A stretch of DNA of 32,000 nucleotides from an uncultured Candidatus Neoarthromitus sp. (GCA_937890765.1 CALADQ010000026.1:131368-163367); one strand, 5' to 3'. Shown: positions 1 through 9,519, counted from the stretch's first letter. Notes: a model not told the origin generated them from the letters alone. Made by a program: numbers and translations.

Positions 1-148
1 ATATTTTTCATTATTTAGAACTGGCATTATTATTGAAACTAATTTATCCAATTTCAAATACACCTCTCAATTTTTATTTTCTCACATTATTATTATTTAT
101 AAATAAAATATTTATATACTTATATATTTAATTAAACGAGGTAATTAA

Positions 149-1282
149 ATGAAAATTGCAATTGATATAAGAGGTGCAAACATTTATCACGGCACAGGCA
201 TAGGAACTTACACAAAAAATTTAATAACTCATTTGCTTAAAATAGATGAGAAAAATTTTTACGAACTTTTTTGTTGCGGGCGAAATGTAAAACAATTTAA
301 AAATATAAATTCAAATGTTAATGTAATATCACGCAAGCAAAATTCGTTTTACGCACAAAAATTTATACCGAATATTTTGAAAAAAGGAAATTTTTCATTG
401 TTTCATATGCCTCAAAATGGAATTGGCTTTCAAGATTTTTTATCAAACAAAATTTTTAGAAGTGTCGTTACAATTCACGATTTGATTCCATATTCATTGC
501 CTCAAACCGTTGGACAATCATACTTAAAAAATTTTTTGAAACAAATTCCATATATAATAGAAAATTCATCAGCAATTATAACAGTTTCCAATTACTCAAA
601 AAATGAAATCATTAAATTTTTTAACGTAAATCCTGAAAAAATTTTTGTTACACATCTAGCGGCTGATAAAATTTTCAAACCATTGGACATAAATTTATGC
701 AAAGATTTTCTTAAAGAAAATTACAAAATAAATTACGATTTTATTTTATATGTCGGTGGTTTTAGCAAACGAAAAAATTTATACAATCTCATCACTGCAT
801 TTAAATTCGCTTACAAAAATTTTAAGACACCAAAAAAATTAATTTTAATTGGGAACATACGTGAAGAATTTAAATCTATTAAAAAATTAATTTGTGAATT
901 GAATATTGAAAATGAAATTATATTTTTAGGATTTGTACCTGAAGAAGAATTGCCGATATTTTATAATGCTTGTTCTTTTTTCGTTTATCTTTCATTATCT
1001 GAAGGATTTGGCCTTCCATTGCTTGAAGCCATGAGTTGCAAAAAAGCAATTTTATGTTCAAATTCGACATCAATTCCTGAAATAACACAAAATTCATGCT
1101 ACAGCATCAACCCTTTAAACATTTATAAAATATCAGAATCAATGTGCAAAATATCAAACCAAAAAATCTTGAAAGAAAATTTGGAAAATAAATCTTATGA
1201 GCATTCTAAAAATTTTTCTTGGGAAAAGTGCGGTGAAGAAACTCTTAAAGTGTATAAAAAAGTTTGTGAAAATATTTATTAA
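149..1282 (+). CDS. Glycosyltransferase, GT4 family (group 1)
   Basis: 377 aa ORF. N-terminal MKIAIDIRGANIYHGTGIGTYTKNL and C-terminal SLSEGFGLPLLEAMSCKKAILCSNSTSIPEI match the GT4 E-x7-E style nucleotide-sugar binding region. Confidence 0.9.
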   Translation: MKIAIDIRGANIYHGTGIGTYTKNLITHLLKIDEKNFYELFCCGRNVKQFKNINSNVNVISRKQNSFYAQKFIPNILKKGNFSLFHMPQNGIGFQDFLSNKIFRSVVTIHDLIPYSLPQTVGQSYLKNFLKQIPYIIENSSAIITVSNYSKNEIIKFFNVNPEKIFVTHLAADKIFKPLDINLCKDFLKENYKINYDFILYVGGFSKRKNLYNLITAFKFAYKNFKTPKKLILIGNIREEFKSIKKLICELNIENEIIFLGFVPEEELPIFYNACSFFVYLSLSEGFGLPLLEAMSCKKAILCSNSTSIPEITQNSCYSINPLNIYKISESMCKISNQKILKENLENKSYEHSKNFSWEKCGEETLKVYKKVCENIY

Positions 1283-1287
1283 CCATT

Positions 1288-1320
1288 GCGAGATGTTGCA
1301 TTAAACATCTTGCATTTTTT
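1288..1320 (+). terminator. Rho-independent terminator after the glycosyltransferase
   Basis: GCGAGATGTT-GCATTA-AACATCTTGC (10 bp stem with one G-U) followed by ATTTTTT. Confidence 0.8.
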
Positions 1321-1383
1321 ATAAATATTTTTCGAATTATTGGCAAAACTAGCTTTGATTATACATAAAGGAGCTTATGAAAA

Positions 1384-2097
1384 ATGGGACTTTTCAAAAA
1401 AATTATTTTACTAACGTCCATTTGTCTATTTTCATTTTCATCAATTGCAATGTCAATGAATAAAAAATGTGTTTATCTAACTTTTGATGACGGTCCAACT
1501 TTAAAAAATACTCCAATGTTGTTGGACACTTTGAAAAATTTAGAATTGCCCGCTACGTTTTTCGTTGTTGGAAAATTGATTGATGAAAATCCAGAAGTGT
1601 TAAAAAGAATTGCGGAAGAAAATCATTCTATAGGACTCCACACCATGTCACATAATAAAAATAAATGTTACGCATCTCAAGACAGTTTTATAAAGGAAAA
1701 TCTCGAATTACAAAAAATCTTGAAAGAGAAATTCAATATTTCAACGAATATTTTAAGATTTCCATTTGGCTCTCAAAATTTTTATTTAAGAATGGATAAA
1801 AACTTTGTCGACAAATTACATAGAAATTGTTTTAAAGTTTACGATTGGCATATAGATACATTCGATGCTGTTAAACCAAACAACACACCTGAAACAATAC
1901 TTGGAATATGCAAAAAACAATTTGAGGCTCGATTTAAGGACAACGAAAATATAATAATTTTAATGCACACAAACTCAAACAACATTAACACAATTAATTC
2001 TATAAAACTCATTAAAGAATACTTTACAAAAATGGGCTACGAATTTAAAAAAATAACCGATGAAACTCCAGAACTATTTAATATAAAACAAAAATAA
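1384..2097 (+). CDS. Secreted polysaccharide deacetylase (NodB/CE4 domain)
   Basis: 237 aa with N-terminal signal peptide. Contains VYLTFDDGPTLKNTPMLLDTLKNLELPATFFVVG and HSIGLHTMSH. Confidence 0.92.
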   Translation: MGLFKKIILLTSICLFSFSSIAMSMNKKCVYLTFDDGPTLKNTPMLLDTLKNLELPATFFVVGKLIDENPEVLKRIAEENHSIGLHTMSHNKNKCYASQDSFIKENLELQKILKEKFNISTNILRFPFGSQNFYLRMDKNFVDKLHRNCFKVYDWHIDTFDAVKPNNTPETILGICKKQFEARFKDNENIIILMHTNSNNINTINSIKLIKEYFTKMGYEFKKITDETPELFNIKQK

Positions 2098-2121
2098 GAG
2101 GGCACAGCTTGTCCTCTTATT
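2093..2121. terminator. Terminator hairpin between convergent genes
   Basis: AATAAGAGGgCA...TGTCCTCTTATT inverted repeat between the stops at 2097 (+) and 2132 (-). Confidence 0.6.
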
Positions 2122-2131
2122 CAAAACAAAA

Positions 2132-3277
2132 TTAAAAAATATCAAATTCTGACAACAAATCAATGTTTTTAAACTCTTCTGTCTCCATCATTCCATAAGC
2201 AACACTTTTGAAAGCTTCCTCTCTTGATTTAGATTTACCCAATTCTTCATTATACTTATTAACCCAAAACTTCATTCCCTCTTCATCAGCTTCTCTCAAA
2301 AGAAGAACAAAATAAAGAATATCCACAATTATATCAACGTCTTCTGAATCTATATATTCAAATTCCACACTATCAATTAATTTTCTAGAAAATTCGCCGG
2401 AAGTTATTTCTCTTTTATACAATTGATTAATCAATTTTTCTAATTGTACAGTGTCAATTGAATCCAACAAACAATCGAAATAATACATTCCTAAATATCC
2501 CAATGTAATTGCATCATCAGTAATGAATGGTTCAAATTTTTCAACAAAAGGCCCTGCCAATTCCAAAAATCTCTCTTTTGTATCCAAATCCAAAGTCACC
2601 ATAACATTAACGAGCAATTCCGAACTCAATTTAACACTTGAGTTGGCCAAATTCCAAATTAAAGACGAAATAGTTTCAACAAAAGAATCATCAAAATCGT
2701 GATCAGATAAATATTTGGAAACCAAAACATTAACATTATCTTTCAATTCTTTATAAACCTTCATATCTTTTTCATCTAACTTTGAAGGCTCAAAATAATT
2801 TGTGTTTAATATAAGTCTATAAAACTCTTTGTCCATTTCTGTAATTACACTTTTATAAACCGGAGCAAAAACCACATCTATGTACGAATCAATATCCAAT
2901 CCTAAATAATCCAATGACCTTTTAAAAACTTCGCTTAATGACGATTCATAATTCATCAAAACTAAAATGTTAACTGCTTCTTTAAGTTGTTGGTCATTTA
3001 AATTTCTTCCAATCTTTTTGGCATAATCACCATAAGATTTGTAAACAACATCAAAAAATTCTTTATCTGCATCATTATCATTAACTTCTAATTTCTTAGC
3101 TGCATCCAATAACTCTTCGAAATACTCCATATCATCGATTACAAATTCAACAGTTTGCGTAACTGAATTAGTTTTATCAGTTACGGCCGAAGCTTGTACC
3201 AAATTAAATCCTGAAAAACTAGAAACCATTAAGGCTCCAATTAACAATGAAAGATTTTTTAAAATTCCTTTTTTCAA
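2132..3277 (-). CDS. Secreted hypothetical protein with DUF4214-like C-terminal repeat
   Basis: ORF track gives 2132..3322. A TTG at 3277 lies 8 nt after AGAAGG and gives MKKGILKNLSLLIGALMVSSFSGFNLVQASA, a signal peptide, so this is the likelier start. The C-terminus ILYFVLLLREADEEGMKFWVNKYNEELGKSKSREEAFKSVAYGMMETEEFKNI resembles DUF4214. Confidence 0.7.
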   Translation of the reverse strand: MKKGILKNLSLLIGALMVSSFSGFNLVQASAVTDKTNSVTQTVEFVIDDMEYFEELLDAAKKLEVNDNDADKEFFDVVYKSYGDYAKKIGRNLNDQQLKEAVNILVLMNYESSLSEVFKRSLDYLGLDIDSYIDVVFAPVYKSVITEMDKEFYRLILNTNYFEPSKLDEKDMKVYKELKDNVNVLVSKYLSDHDFDDSFVETISSLIWNLANSSVKLSSELLVNVMVTLDLDTKERFLELAGPFVEKFEPFITDDAITLGYLGMYYFDCLLDSIDTVQLEKLINQLYKREITSGEFSRKLIDSVEFEYIDSEDVDIIVDILYFVLLLREADEEGMKFWVNKYNEELGKSKSREEAFKSVAYGMMETEEFKNIDLLSEFDIF

Positions 3278-3374
3278 TTGACATACCTTCTTTCTAGAAT
3301 TTATAAAAAAATAACCATACAATATTAATGAAAATTTTTAAAATAAATTTCAAAATATCATAAGGTTAAAACCA

Positions 3375-3449
<75 letters not shown>

Positions 3450-3479
3450 AAAATATTTACTTCATTAAATTTGTTAAAA

Positions 3480-3507
3480 AGATTGAGGATGAAAAATCAT
3501 CCTCATC
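3480..3507 (-). terminator. Rho-independent terminator between tRNA-Phe and tRNA-Cys
   Basis: Minus strand GAGGATGA-TTTT-TCATCCTC, then AATCTTTTT, starting directly after the CCA of tRNA-Phe. Confidence 0.7.
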
Positions 3508-3583
<76 letters not shown>

Positions 3584-3601
3584 ATAAACAATCAGAAAAA
3601 T

Positions 3602-3678
3602 TGGCGACCCAGAAGGGACTCGAACCCTCGACCTCTGGCGTGACAGGCCAGCACTCTAACCAGCTGAGCTACTGGGCC
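3602..3678 (-). tRNA. tRNA-Asp (GTC)
   Basis: Minus strand reads GGCCCAGTAGCTCAGCTGGTTAGAGTGCTGGCCTGTCACGCCAGAGGTCGAGGGTTCGAGTCCCTTCTGGGTCGCCA. Anticodon GTC. Confidence 0.97.
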
Positions 3679-3733
3679 AACTAACTAATCATTAACACTT
3701 ACAAGGCTATTATATTTTATCTTTAATTTAAAG

Positions 3734-4603
3734 TCAATCTTTTTTTTTATTATTGTACAAGTCTTTGATATTTTTATTTGTGAACTTATATTTTTTATTA
3801 CAATAATCACAAACTAAAATTTCATCATTACCTTCGCTAATTATTTTTTCAAGTTCTTCTTTTCCTAAACTTATCAAAGCTTTTGCAACTTTTTCTCTTG
3901 AGCAATCGCAATTATATTTTAAATTTCGTTCTTCCATAATTTTAAAATCCATATCATCAAACATAAAATTCAAAATATCATTTAAAGTTTTTCCATTTTC
4001 CAAATTTGAAACAATGCTTCCCAAATCTTCAAATCTATACGCTATTAAATCCGATAACATTTCATCAGCACCTGGCATCATTTGCACCATTAAACCAAGT
4101 GAACTTTTTACATTCAAATTTTCATCGAGAACAATTCCGACATCTATAGCTGTTGGAGTTTGCTCTGACAAAGTATAGTAATAAGCGAAATCATCATTAA
4201 TATTTTTTTTGTACAAAGGAACTCTACTTGAATAAGGATTTTTAAGACCTAAATCTTTTACAAGCGTTAAGAATCCATTTCCTATTAAATTTTCAATTTT
4301 AAAATTTTCAATGAAAGCATTTGGATTTGATAAAATTCCTTTTAATGTTCCATCGCCTTTTGTCGTTGCACTCATAAAATTAAGAGGACCATCACCATCA
4401 ATTCTAACTGAAATTGTATCGTGTTCAACTTTATTTGTTGCAGAAATCATCGAAACGATGCTCATAAATCTTCCAAAAACAATTGTCGTCAAGTTGTTTA
4501 ACCCATGAATATTTTTCAATTCGTTACACAAATTTGTGGAATCGCATGCAATTATTCTAATCATTCCATTTTTAGCCATAGCTCTAACAATTTTATCTTC
4601 CAT
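3734..4603 (-). CDS. hslO: Hsp33 redox-regulated chaperone
   Basis: 289 aa. C-terminal zinc-binding CDCS...CDYC motif and N-terminal DKIVRAMAKNGMIRIIACDSTNL are typical of Hsp33. Confidence 0.93.
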   Translation of the reverse strand: MEDKIVRAMAKNGMIRIIACDSTNLCNELKNIHGLNNLTTIVFGRFMSIVSMISATNKVEHDTISVRIDGDGPLNFMSATTKGDGTLKGILSNPNAFIENFKIENLIGNGFLTLVKDLGLKNPYSSRVPLYKKNINDDFAYYYTLSEQTPTAIDVGIVLDENLNVKSSLGLMVQMMPGADEMLSDLIAYRFEDLGSIVSNLENGKTLNDILNFMFDDMDFKIMEERNLKYNCDCSREKVAKALISLGKEELEKIISEGNDEILVCDYCNKKYKFTNKNIKDLYNNKKKD

Positions 4604-4661
4604 AAGTACCTCTAAAAAATTTTTTATACAATTTCAATTTTATATATTTTTTGTAATTTTT

Positions 4662-4696
4662 CAACAAAAAAAACATCTGTAAAATTACAGATGTTT
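4662..4696 (-). terminator. Rho-independent terminator after the small lipoprotein gene
   Basis: AAACATCTGTAA/TTACAGATGTTT stem with an 8-T tract on the minus strand. Confidence 0.85.
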
Positions 4697-5099
4697 AATA
4701 TATGAGAGAAAATCCATTTGGATCTGATTCCATTTGTCTTCTAACTAATTCTCTTTGATTTGCATCTAGCTTACCTAAATCTTCATCTTTTACGTTTTTG
4801 AAAATTATTATTAAGCCATCTCCTTGTTCAACAATTTCATGATTACCATCAACGCTATATTTAAGTTTAGAACCATCTGCCAAACTTACAATTTCTCCAT
4901 CCGAATATAAACTTTGCGTTTTGTCATTTTGAGCATTATTAAGATCTCCCATAGAAACTTGAGCCTTTCTTGAAGGTCTCGTAGACTGAGGTTTGTTTTC
5001 AACATTGGATTTGTTTGAATTCCCACAAGAAACAAAATTCAATGATACAGCTGAAAGTATTGCCAATGAACAAATTATTTTTGATATTCCTTTTTTCAT
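4695..5099 (-). CDS. Small putative lipoprotein of unknown function
   Basis: 134 aa. MKKGISKIICSLAILSAVSLNFVSCGNSN is a signal peptide with a lipobox-like Cys, and the following region is low complexity. Confidence 0.7.
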   Translation of the reverse strand: MKKGISKIICSLAILSAVSLNFVSCGNSNKSNVENKPQSTRPSRKAQVSMGDLNNAQNDKTQSLYSDGEIVSLADGSKLKYSVDGNHEIVEQGDGLIIIFKNVKDEDLGKLDANQRELVRRQMESDPNGFSLIY

Positions 5100-5130
5100 A
5101 TGTATTATTCTCCTTAATTGTTGTTATGTA

Positions 5131-5176
5131 AAAAATAAAACCATCCAAACAAAATGTTTTAGATGATTTTATTTTT
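5131..5176 (-). terminator. Rho-independent terminator after the HtrA-like gene
   Basis: AAAAATAAAAcCATC / GATGATTTTATTTTT inverted repeat (one G-U on the transcript) directly downstream of the stop at 5193. Confidence 0.7.
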
Positions 5177-5192
5177 TGAAATTTACAAAATT

Positions 5193-6263
5193 TTATTCAC
5201 TAATTCTGTAATTTAATCTTATAAGCTCACTATTTCTCAACAGCTGTATTGAAAATTCATTTTGAACTTCTCTTTTTAATTTATTAATGTCATCAACCGA
5301 TCTAACTTGAACTCCATTAAATCCTACTATTATATCACCTGGTATAATTCCAATTTTGTTTGAAACAGAACCACGCTCAACTTCAACAACAAAAACTCCT
5401 GACGAAATTCCAAATCTTTGAGAATCTTTTTGTTTTATATCAACTCCCGCAATTCCCAAATTTATAATTGGCTGGCTTAACTCTGCCAATTTAAGTTGCG
5501 CAAAATCAATAGGTATTGCAAATCCAATTGAATCAACACCTTCAACGCTAATCTTAGCCGTATTTATTCCAACAACTTCTCCATCCAAATTCAAAAGTGG
5601 CCCTCCACTATTTCCTGGATTTATCGCAGCATCAGTTTGTATAAATGTTGAAACTCCATTTTTAGTTTCTATCGTTCTAGATAAACCACTTATAATTCCT
5701 AAAGTTGCACTTCCACTAAACGTTAAATCCAATGGACTACCAATTGCAATAACAAGGTCACCAACTCTCATTTTACTAGATGAACCTAACTTTAAAACCG
5801 TATCGCTTGAAAAATTAGGAGTAGTTACTTCCAATAAAGCAATATCATTTTCTTGGTCAGAATTTAAAATTTTCGCACTAATACTTCTTCCATCATGTAA
5901 AACAATTGTAATATTTGACGCGTTGGAAACAACGTGATGATTAGTTAAAATTTTTGTAGGAGTTATGAAGAACCCACTTCCTATTCCTGTAATTTCATTA
6001 ATGCCTCTATAAGAATTAACAATTGAATTTACTTTTACAGTAACAACACCTGGACTAACTTCTTCAATAACATCCGCTATACTCTTTCCTGAAATTAAAC
6101 TTTGCTCTTTTACAAAAGAAAGTTTTTGTAAACCATCATTATTATTTTTGTGGCTGCCATTTGCACTTCTTATGCTTCCGTATACAATAGTTCCAAAAAT
6201 AAACAAAGATAAAACCAAAGACAGAACTCCGAATTTAATTCGCTTACGTTCCAAAAATTTCAC
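5193..6263 (-). CDS. HtrA/DegP-like membrane-anchored serine protease with PDZ domain
   Basis: 356 aa. N-terminal TM, ILTNHHVVSNA, NDIALLEV, TDAAINPGNSGGPLLN catalytic triad context and a C-terminal PDZ. GTG start after AGAGAGG. Confidence 0.93.
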   Translation of the reverse strand: MKFLERKRIKFGVLSLVLSLFIFGTIVYGSIRSANGSHKNNNDGLQKLSFVKEQSLISGKSIADVIEEVSPGVVTVKVNSIVNSYRGINEITGIGSGFFITPTKILTNHHVVSNASNITIVLHDGRSISAKILNSDQENDIALLEVTTPNFSSDTVLKLGSSSKMRVGDLVIAIGSPLDLTFSGSATLGIISGLSRTIETKNGVSTFIQTDAAINPGNSGGPLLNLDGEVVGINTAKISVEGVDSIGFAIPIDFAQLKLAELSQPIINLGIAGVDIKQKDSQRFGISSGVFVVEVERGSVSNKIGIIPGDIIVGFNGVQVRSVDDINKLKREVQNEFSIQLLRNSELIRLNYRISE

Positions 6264-6411
6264 AACCTCTCTTCATCAAACTAATAATTATAATTAATTA
6301 TTAACAAAACAACATAATATTATTAAACAAATTGTGTCTTAATATTTATGTAAGTAAAAAATTATTCACAAATACATTATAAAATATTTAAAAATAAATT
6401 TCCACAAATTA

Positions 6412-6444
6412 AAACGAGATTAAAAAATTAATTTAATCTCGTTT
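6412..6444 (-). terminator. Terminator hairpin after the second sepF
   Basis: AAACGAGATTAAA / TTTAATCTCGTTT, 13 bp perfect stem, directly downstream of the stop at 6461. Confidence 0.7.
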
Positions 6445-6460
6445 GGAAATTTTATGTACA

Positions 6461-6925
6461 TTATTTATTCCACTCTAAAATAGATTTTTTAGAGTCCTGC
6501 TCTTCTTCATCTTTAGAAGTCAATTCAATATTAAAAGGAACAAAAACATATATTCCCTTTTCTATTTCTTGAAGCTCAGCATTCAAAACATAACTAGCAC
6601 CACACAAAAAATCTAACATTCTATGTGCAATTTTTGTGTCTAAGGACGTTGTGTTTATTAATATAATTTTTCTATCTTTCAAATCTTCACATATGTTCAA
6701 AACATCGCTATAAACAACAGGCTTAACAATTCTCATTTTTGTGTCTCCGCCAAAAGCACCGTCATTTTTATTTATAATTGATTTAAAGTTAGTAATTTTT
6801 CCAAAATCTTTATTAGATTCGTTCTTAGTATCCATTTCTTCACTCACTTCATCATCAAACTCAAACTCTCCATCCTTCAGTCCAAAAAAACCCCAAACTT
6901 TATCCGCTGCACCCTTTAGTCCCAT
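6461..6925 (-). CDS. sepF: SepF-like cell division protein (paralog 2)
   Basis: 154 aa. MGLKGAADKVWGFFGL amphipathic N-terminus and KMRIVKPVVYSDVLNICEDLKDRKIILINTTSLDTKIAHRMLDFLCGASYVLNAELQEIEKGIYVFVP core. RBS GAGGAGG upstream. Confidence 0.92.
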   Translation of the reverse strand: MGLKGAADKVWGFFGLKDGEFEFDDEVSEEMDTKNESNKDFGKITNFKSIINKNDGAFGGDTKMRIVKPVVYSDVLNICEDLKDRKIILINTTSLDTKIAHRMLDFLCGASYVLNAELQEIEKGIYVFVPFNIELTSKDEEEQDSKKSILEWNK

Positions 6926-7049
6926 AACTTACTCCTCCTCAAAAACAAAACTGCGAAATAATAATTCAAAAATTGCATCATACAAAACTGGTCTATAATA
7001 TTGTTATCCGATTAAATAAAATATATTTGAATTAAAATGATAACATTTT

Positions 7050-7949
7050 TTAAAGGTTAGATATTATATTTTTGAAATATTTTGGTAATTCTGCCTTAAA
7101 TTCCATGTAAAGTTTCGTGCTTGGATGTACGAACCCTATTACTCTAGCATGCAAAAGTTGCCTGCCTTTATAAATCGAATCATTTTTCAAACCGTAAACT
7201 TCATCTCCAACTAAAGGATGTCCAATATGAGACATGTGAACGCGTATTTGATGAGTTCTTCCTGTGTGCAATTTACACAAAACAAGAGAACAACGGGAAT
7301 ATCTTTTCAAAACAACGTAATCTGTTATAGCATTTTTCCCAATCGAAACAACCGCCATCTTAATTCTATCTTTTGGATTTCTTCCCAAATTATTTTGTAT
7401 TCTTCCTCTTGAACTTTTGAAAATTCCATGCACGAGAGCAACGTACTCTCTCCTTATGGAATGCTCTTTGAATTGATTACTCAAAAATTTATGAGCAAAA
7501 TCATTTTTTGCAACTACCAACAATCCAGAAGTATTTTTATCAATACGATGAACTATTCCTGGCCTTTCAACTCCATTTATACCCGATAAATCTTTACAAT
7601 AATACATCAAAGCATTTACCAAAGTATCAGTGAAAACATTTTGCGAAGGATGCACAATCATACCTTGAGGTTTATTTACAATTATCAAATCTTTATCTTC
7701 ATAGACCACATCAATTGGAATATTTTGTGCTTCTATTTCCAAACGAACAGGCTCAATTTCTCCAAAATAAATTTCATCATTTATTTTTGTTTTATAACCA
7801 CACTTTGCTTTCTTTCCATTTACAAAAATTTTTTCACTAGAAATTAATTTTTGAATAAAACTTCTCGTAAAATTTTCTCCCAAATAATCTGAAACAATTT
7901 TGTCTAATCTCAAATCACAATCTTCTTTATTTAAAATAACAATTTTCAT
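7050..7949 (-). CDS. RluA/RluD-family 23S rRNA pseudouridine synthase
   Basis: ORF track gives 7050..7961. The internal ATG at 7949 (MKIVILN) is the likelier start. Contains an N-terminal S4 domain, GIVHRIDKNTSGLLVVAKN and GRTHQIRVHMSHIGHPLVGDEVYG. Confidence 0.93.
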   Translation of the reverse strand: MKIVILNKEDCDLRLDKIVSDYLGENFTRSFIQKLISSEKIFVNGKKAKCGYKTKINDEIYFGEIEPVRLEIEAQNIPIDVVYEDKDLIIVNKPQGMIVHPSQNVFTDTLVNALMYYCKDLSGINGVERPGIVHRIDKNTSGLLVVAKNDFAHKFLSNQFKEHSIRREYVALVHGIFKSSRGRIQNNLGRNPKDRIKMAVVSIGKNAITDYVVLKRYSRCSLVLCKLHTGRTHQIRVHMSHIGHPLVGDEVYGLKNDSIYKGRQLLHARVIGFVHPSTKLYMEFKAELPKYFKNIISNL

Positions 7950-8020
7950 ATTAATACACAACCTAAATTTATATAAACAAAAGGCACCTTAGGCAAATCC
8001 TCGGTGCGTCCAAAATGATT

Positions 8021-8728
8021 TTATTCTTCACTTACAAAAAACTTTTTTATGTTCTCAAGATCTGAATCAACATCTTCAGAATTTTTAAATCTTGAAACTC
8101 CTTCTTCATCAGAATCAAAAGCTTCAATATCTAAAATACCTGAGCCTTGAAATTGAGCAGACGTATCAGCAACAAAATTATATTTTTCATCTTGAGTAAT
8201 AACTTCACTCTCTTGTTTAAACTCTTCAAATGAAACATCATTTGCCTTATTTATGTTGTAATTTTTAATGAAGTCCTTTTCCAAATCTTCAAAAGTCTCC
8301 ATTTGCACGCTGATAAAATTTCTAAACTTAGCTCTAAATTTCACAAACTCTTGTTTAAGTTTATCGTACTCTTGAGTTATAGAAACAACATCTGTATGAG
8401 CCTTGTCCAAAATCTTTTTTGCAGAATCATTAGCATGCTTTATAACCATATCAGCTTCTTTTTGAGAAGAAACCTTAGCTTGTTCTGCAGCATTTTGAGC
8501 CAATAACAAAGTATTTTGTATAGTCGATTCAATTTTTGAATAATGATCAATTTTTTCATTCATAGCATTTATCTTCTCTTTCAAAAGAGAATTTTCTTTG
8601 AAAAGTTCTTCATAATCTTCAACAACTTGATCCAAAAACTCATCTACTTCTTCAGGATCGTAACCTCTAAGCATTCTTCTAAACTCTTTATTTGTAATAT
8701 CAATTGGAGTTAATTTCACACTCTTCAC
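8021..8728 (-). CDS. divIVA: DivIVA-domain cell division initiation protein
   Basis: 235 aa. LTPIDITNKEFRRMLRGYDPEEVDEFLDQV followed by a long coiled coil. Confidence 0.95.
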   Translation of the reverse strand: MKSVKLTPIDITNKEFRRMLRGYDPEEVDEFLDQVVEDYEELFKENSLLKEKINAMNEKIDHYSKIESTIQNTLLLAQNAAEQAKVSSQKEADMVIKHANDSAKKILDKAHTDVVSITQEYDKLKQEFVKFRAKFRNFISVQMETFEDLEKDFIKNYNINKANDVSFEEFKQESEVITQDEKYNFVADTSAQFQGSGILDIEAFDSDEEGVSRFKNSEDVDSDLENIKKFFVSEE

Positions 8729-8739
8729 CTCAAAATCTT

Positions 8740-9516
8740 TTAAATAAATTTATCTATAACAATTTTAATTTTATTTTTAGCTGTATGTCCCAAGCTCTCT
8801 CTAATTTTAAATTTTCCATAGCCACCTATGACAACTATATCATTTTCACAAACTTTAGCATCAATCTCAACACAAGACAAGCCATTTAATTTAATTTTTC
8901 CAGCCCTAACTAAATCTTTAGCTCGTTCTCTAGAAAGATTCGTTAAAACAGAAACAACACTATCAACCCTGAGCGATGCCACAACCTTACATAAAACTTC
9001 AAACCTTTTTTGAGGCAACCTATTAAACAATTCAAGACTAACACTAACAGGTACATTTTTAACTTTTTTTAAATTATGAATAACGTAATCTGCAAAACCT
9101 ATAACGACAGGAACATAAGCACAATTCCCATCTAAAACTAAATCACCTATTTTTTCTCGAGTAAACCCCAAAGACATAATGCTCCCCAAAAAATCTCTAT
9201 GAAACAGCTTGTTAAACTTATCATTGTAAGAAATTTTTAAAACTCTAGCCTCATCATCAAAAACCGAAACATCCTTAAAATCTACACCAAAAGCAATCAA
9301 ACATCGTTCAAAATCATCTGAAAAACCATAAGAATAAACATCAACTTCGAGATTATTGCAATGCTTGTACAACAAACTGTAAGTCGAGAAAGAATAAAAC
9401 TCTTTTGTAACTACAAACCTACCAGTTGTCAATGCAACACAATACAAAGAATACAACTTCTCTAAATTTTCTTCTCCATTCTTAAAAATTTTTAGAAAAT
9501 CATTTTTTTCAATCAA
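8740..9516 (-). CDS. ylmH: YlmH-like RNA-binding protein with C-terminal S4 domain
   Basis: 258 aa. Located between sepF and divIVA. C-terminal SRERAKDLVRAGKIKLNGLSCVEIDAKVCENDIVVIGGYGKFKI is an S4 domain. Confidence 0.85.
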   Translation of the reverse strand: MIEKNDFLKIFKNGEENLEKLYSLYCVALTTGRFVVTKEFYSFSTYSLLYKHCNNLEVDVYSYGFSDDFERCLIAFGVDFKDVSVFDDEARVLKISYNDKFNKLFHRDFLGSIMSLGFTREKIGDLVLDGNCAYVPVVIGFADYVIHNLKKVKNVPVSVSLELFNRLPQKRFEVLCKVVASLRVDSVVSVLTNLSRERAKDLVRAGKIKLNGLSCVEIDAKVCENDIVVIGGYGKFKIRESLGHTAKNKIKIVIDKFI

Positions 9517-9519
9517 TTC

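Noticed and set aside
4311-4508. Plus-strand ORFs antisense to long minus-strand genes (e.g. 4311-4508, 7218-7412, 13579-13797, 14038-14445, 15414-15623, 25384-25701, 27106-27519)
   Set aside because: They lie entirely or mostly inside clearly homologous genes, have no family motifs, and have the K/S/F/I-rich composition expected from antisense frames of AT-rich coding DNA.
7962-8020. Possible extended start of the RluA-family gene (MCINMKIV…)
   Set aside because: The internal ATG at 7949 matches the usual N-terminus better. The four extra residues have no supporting RBS.
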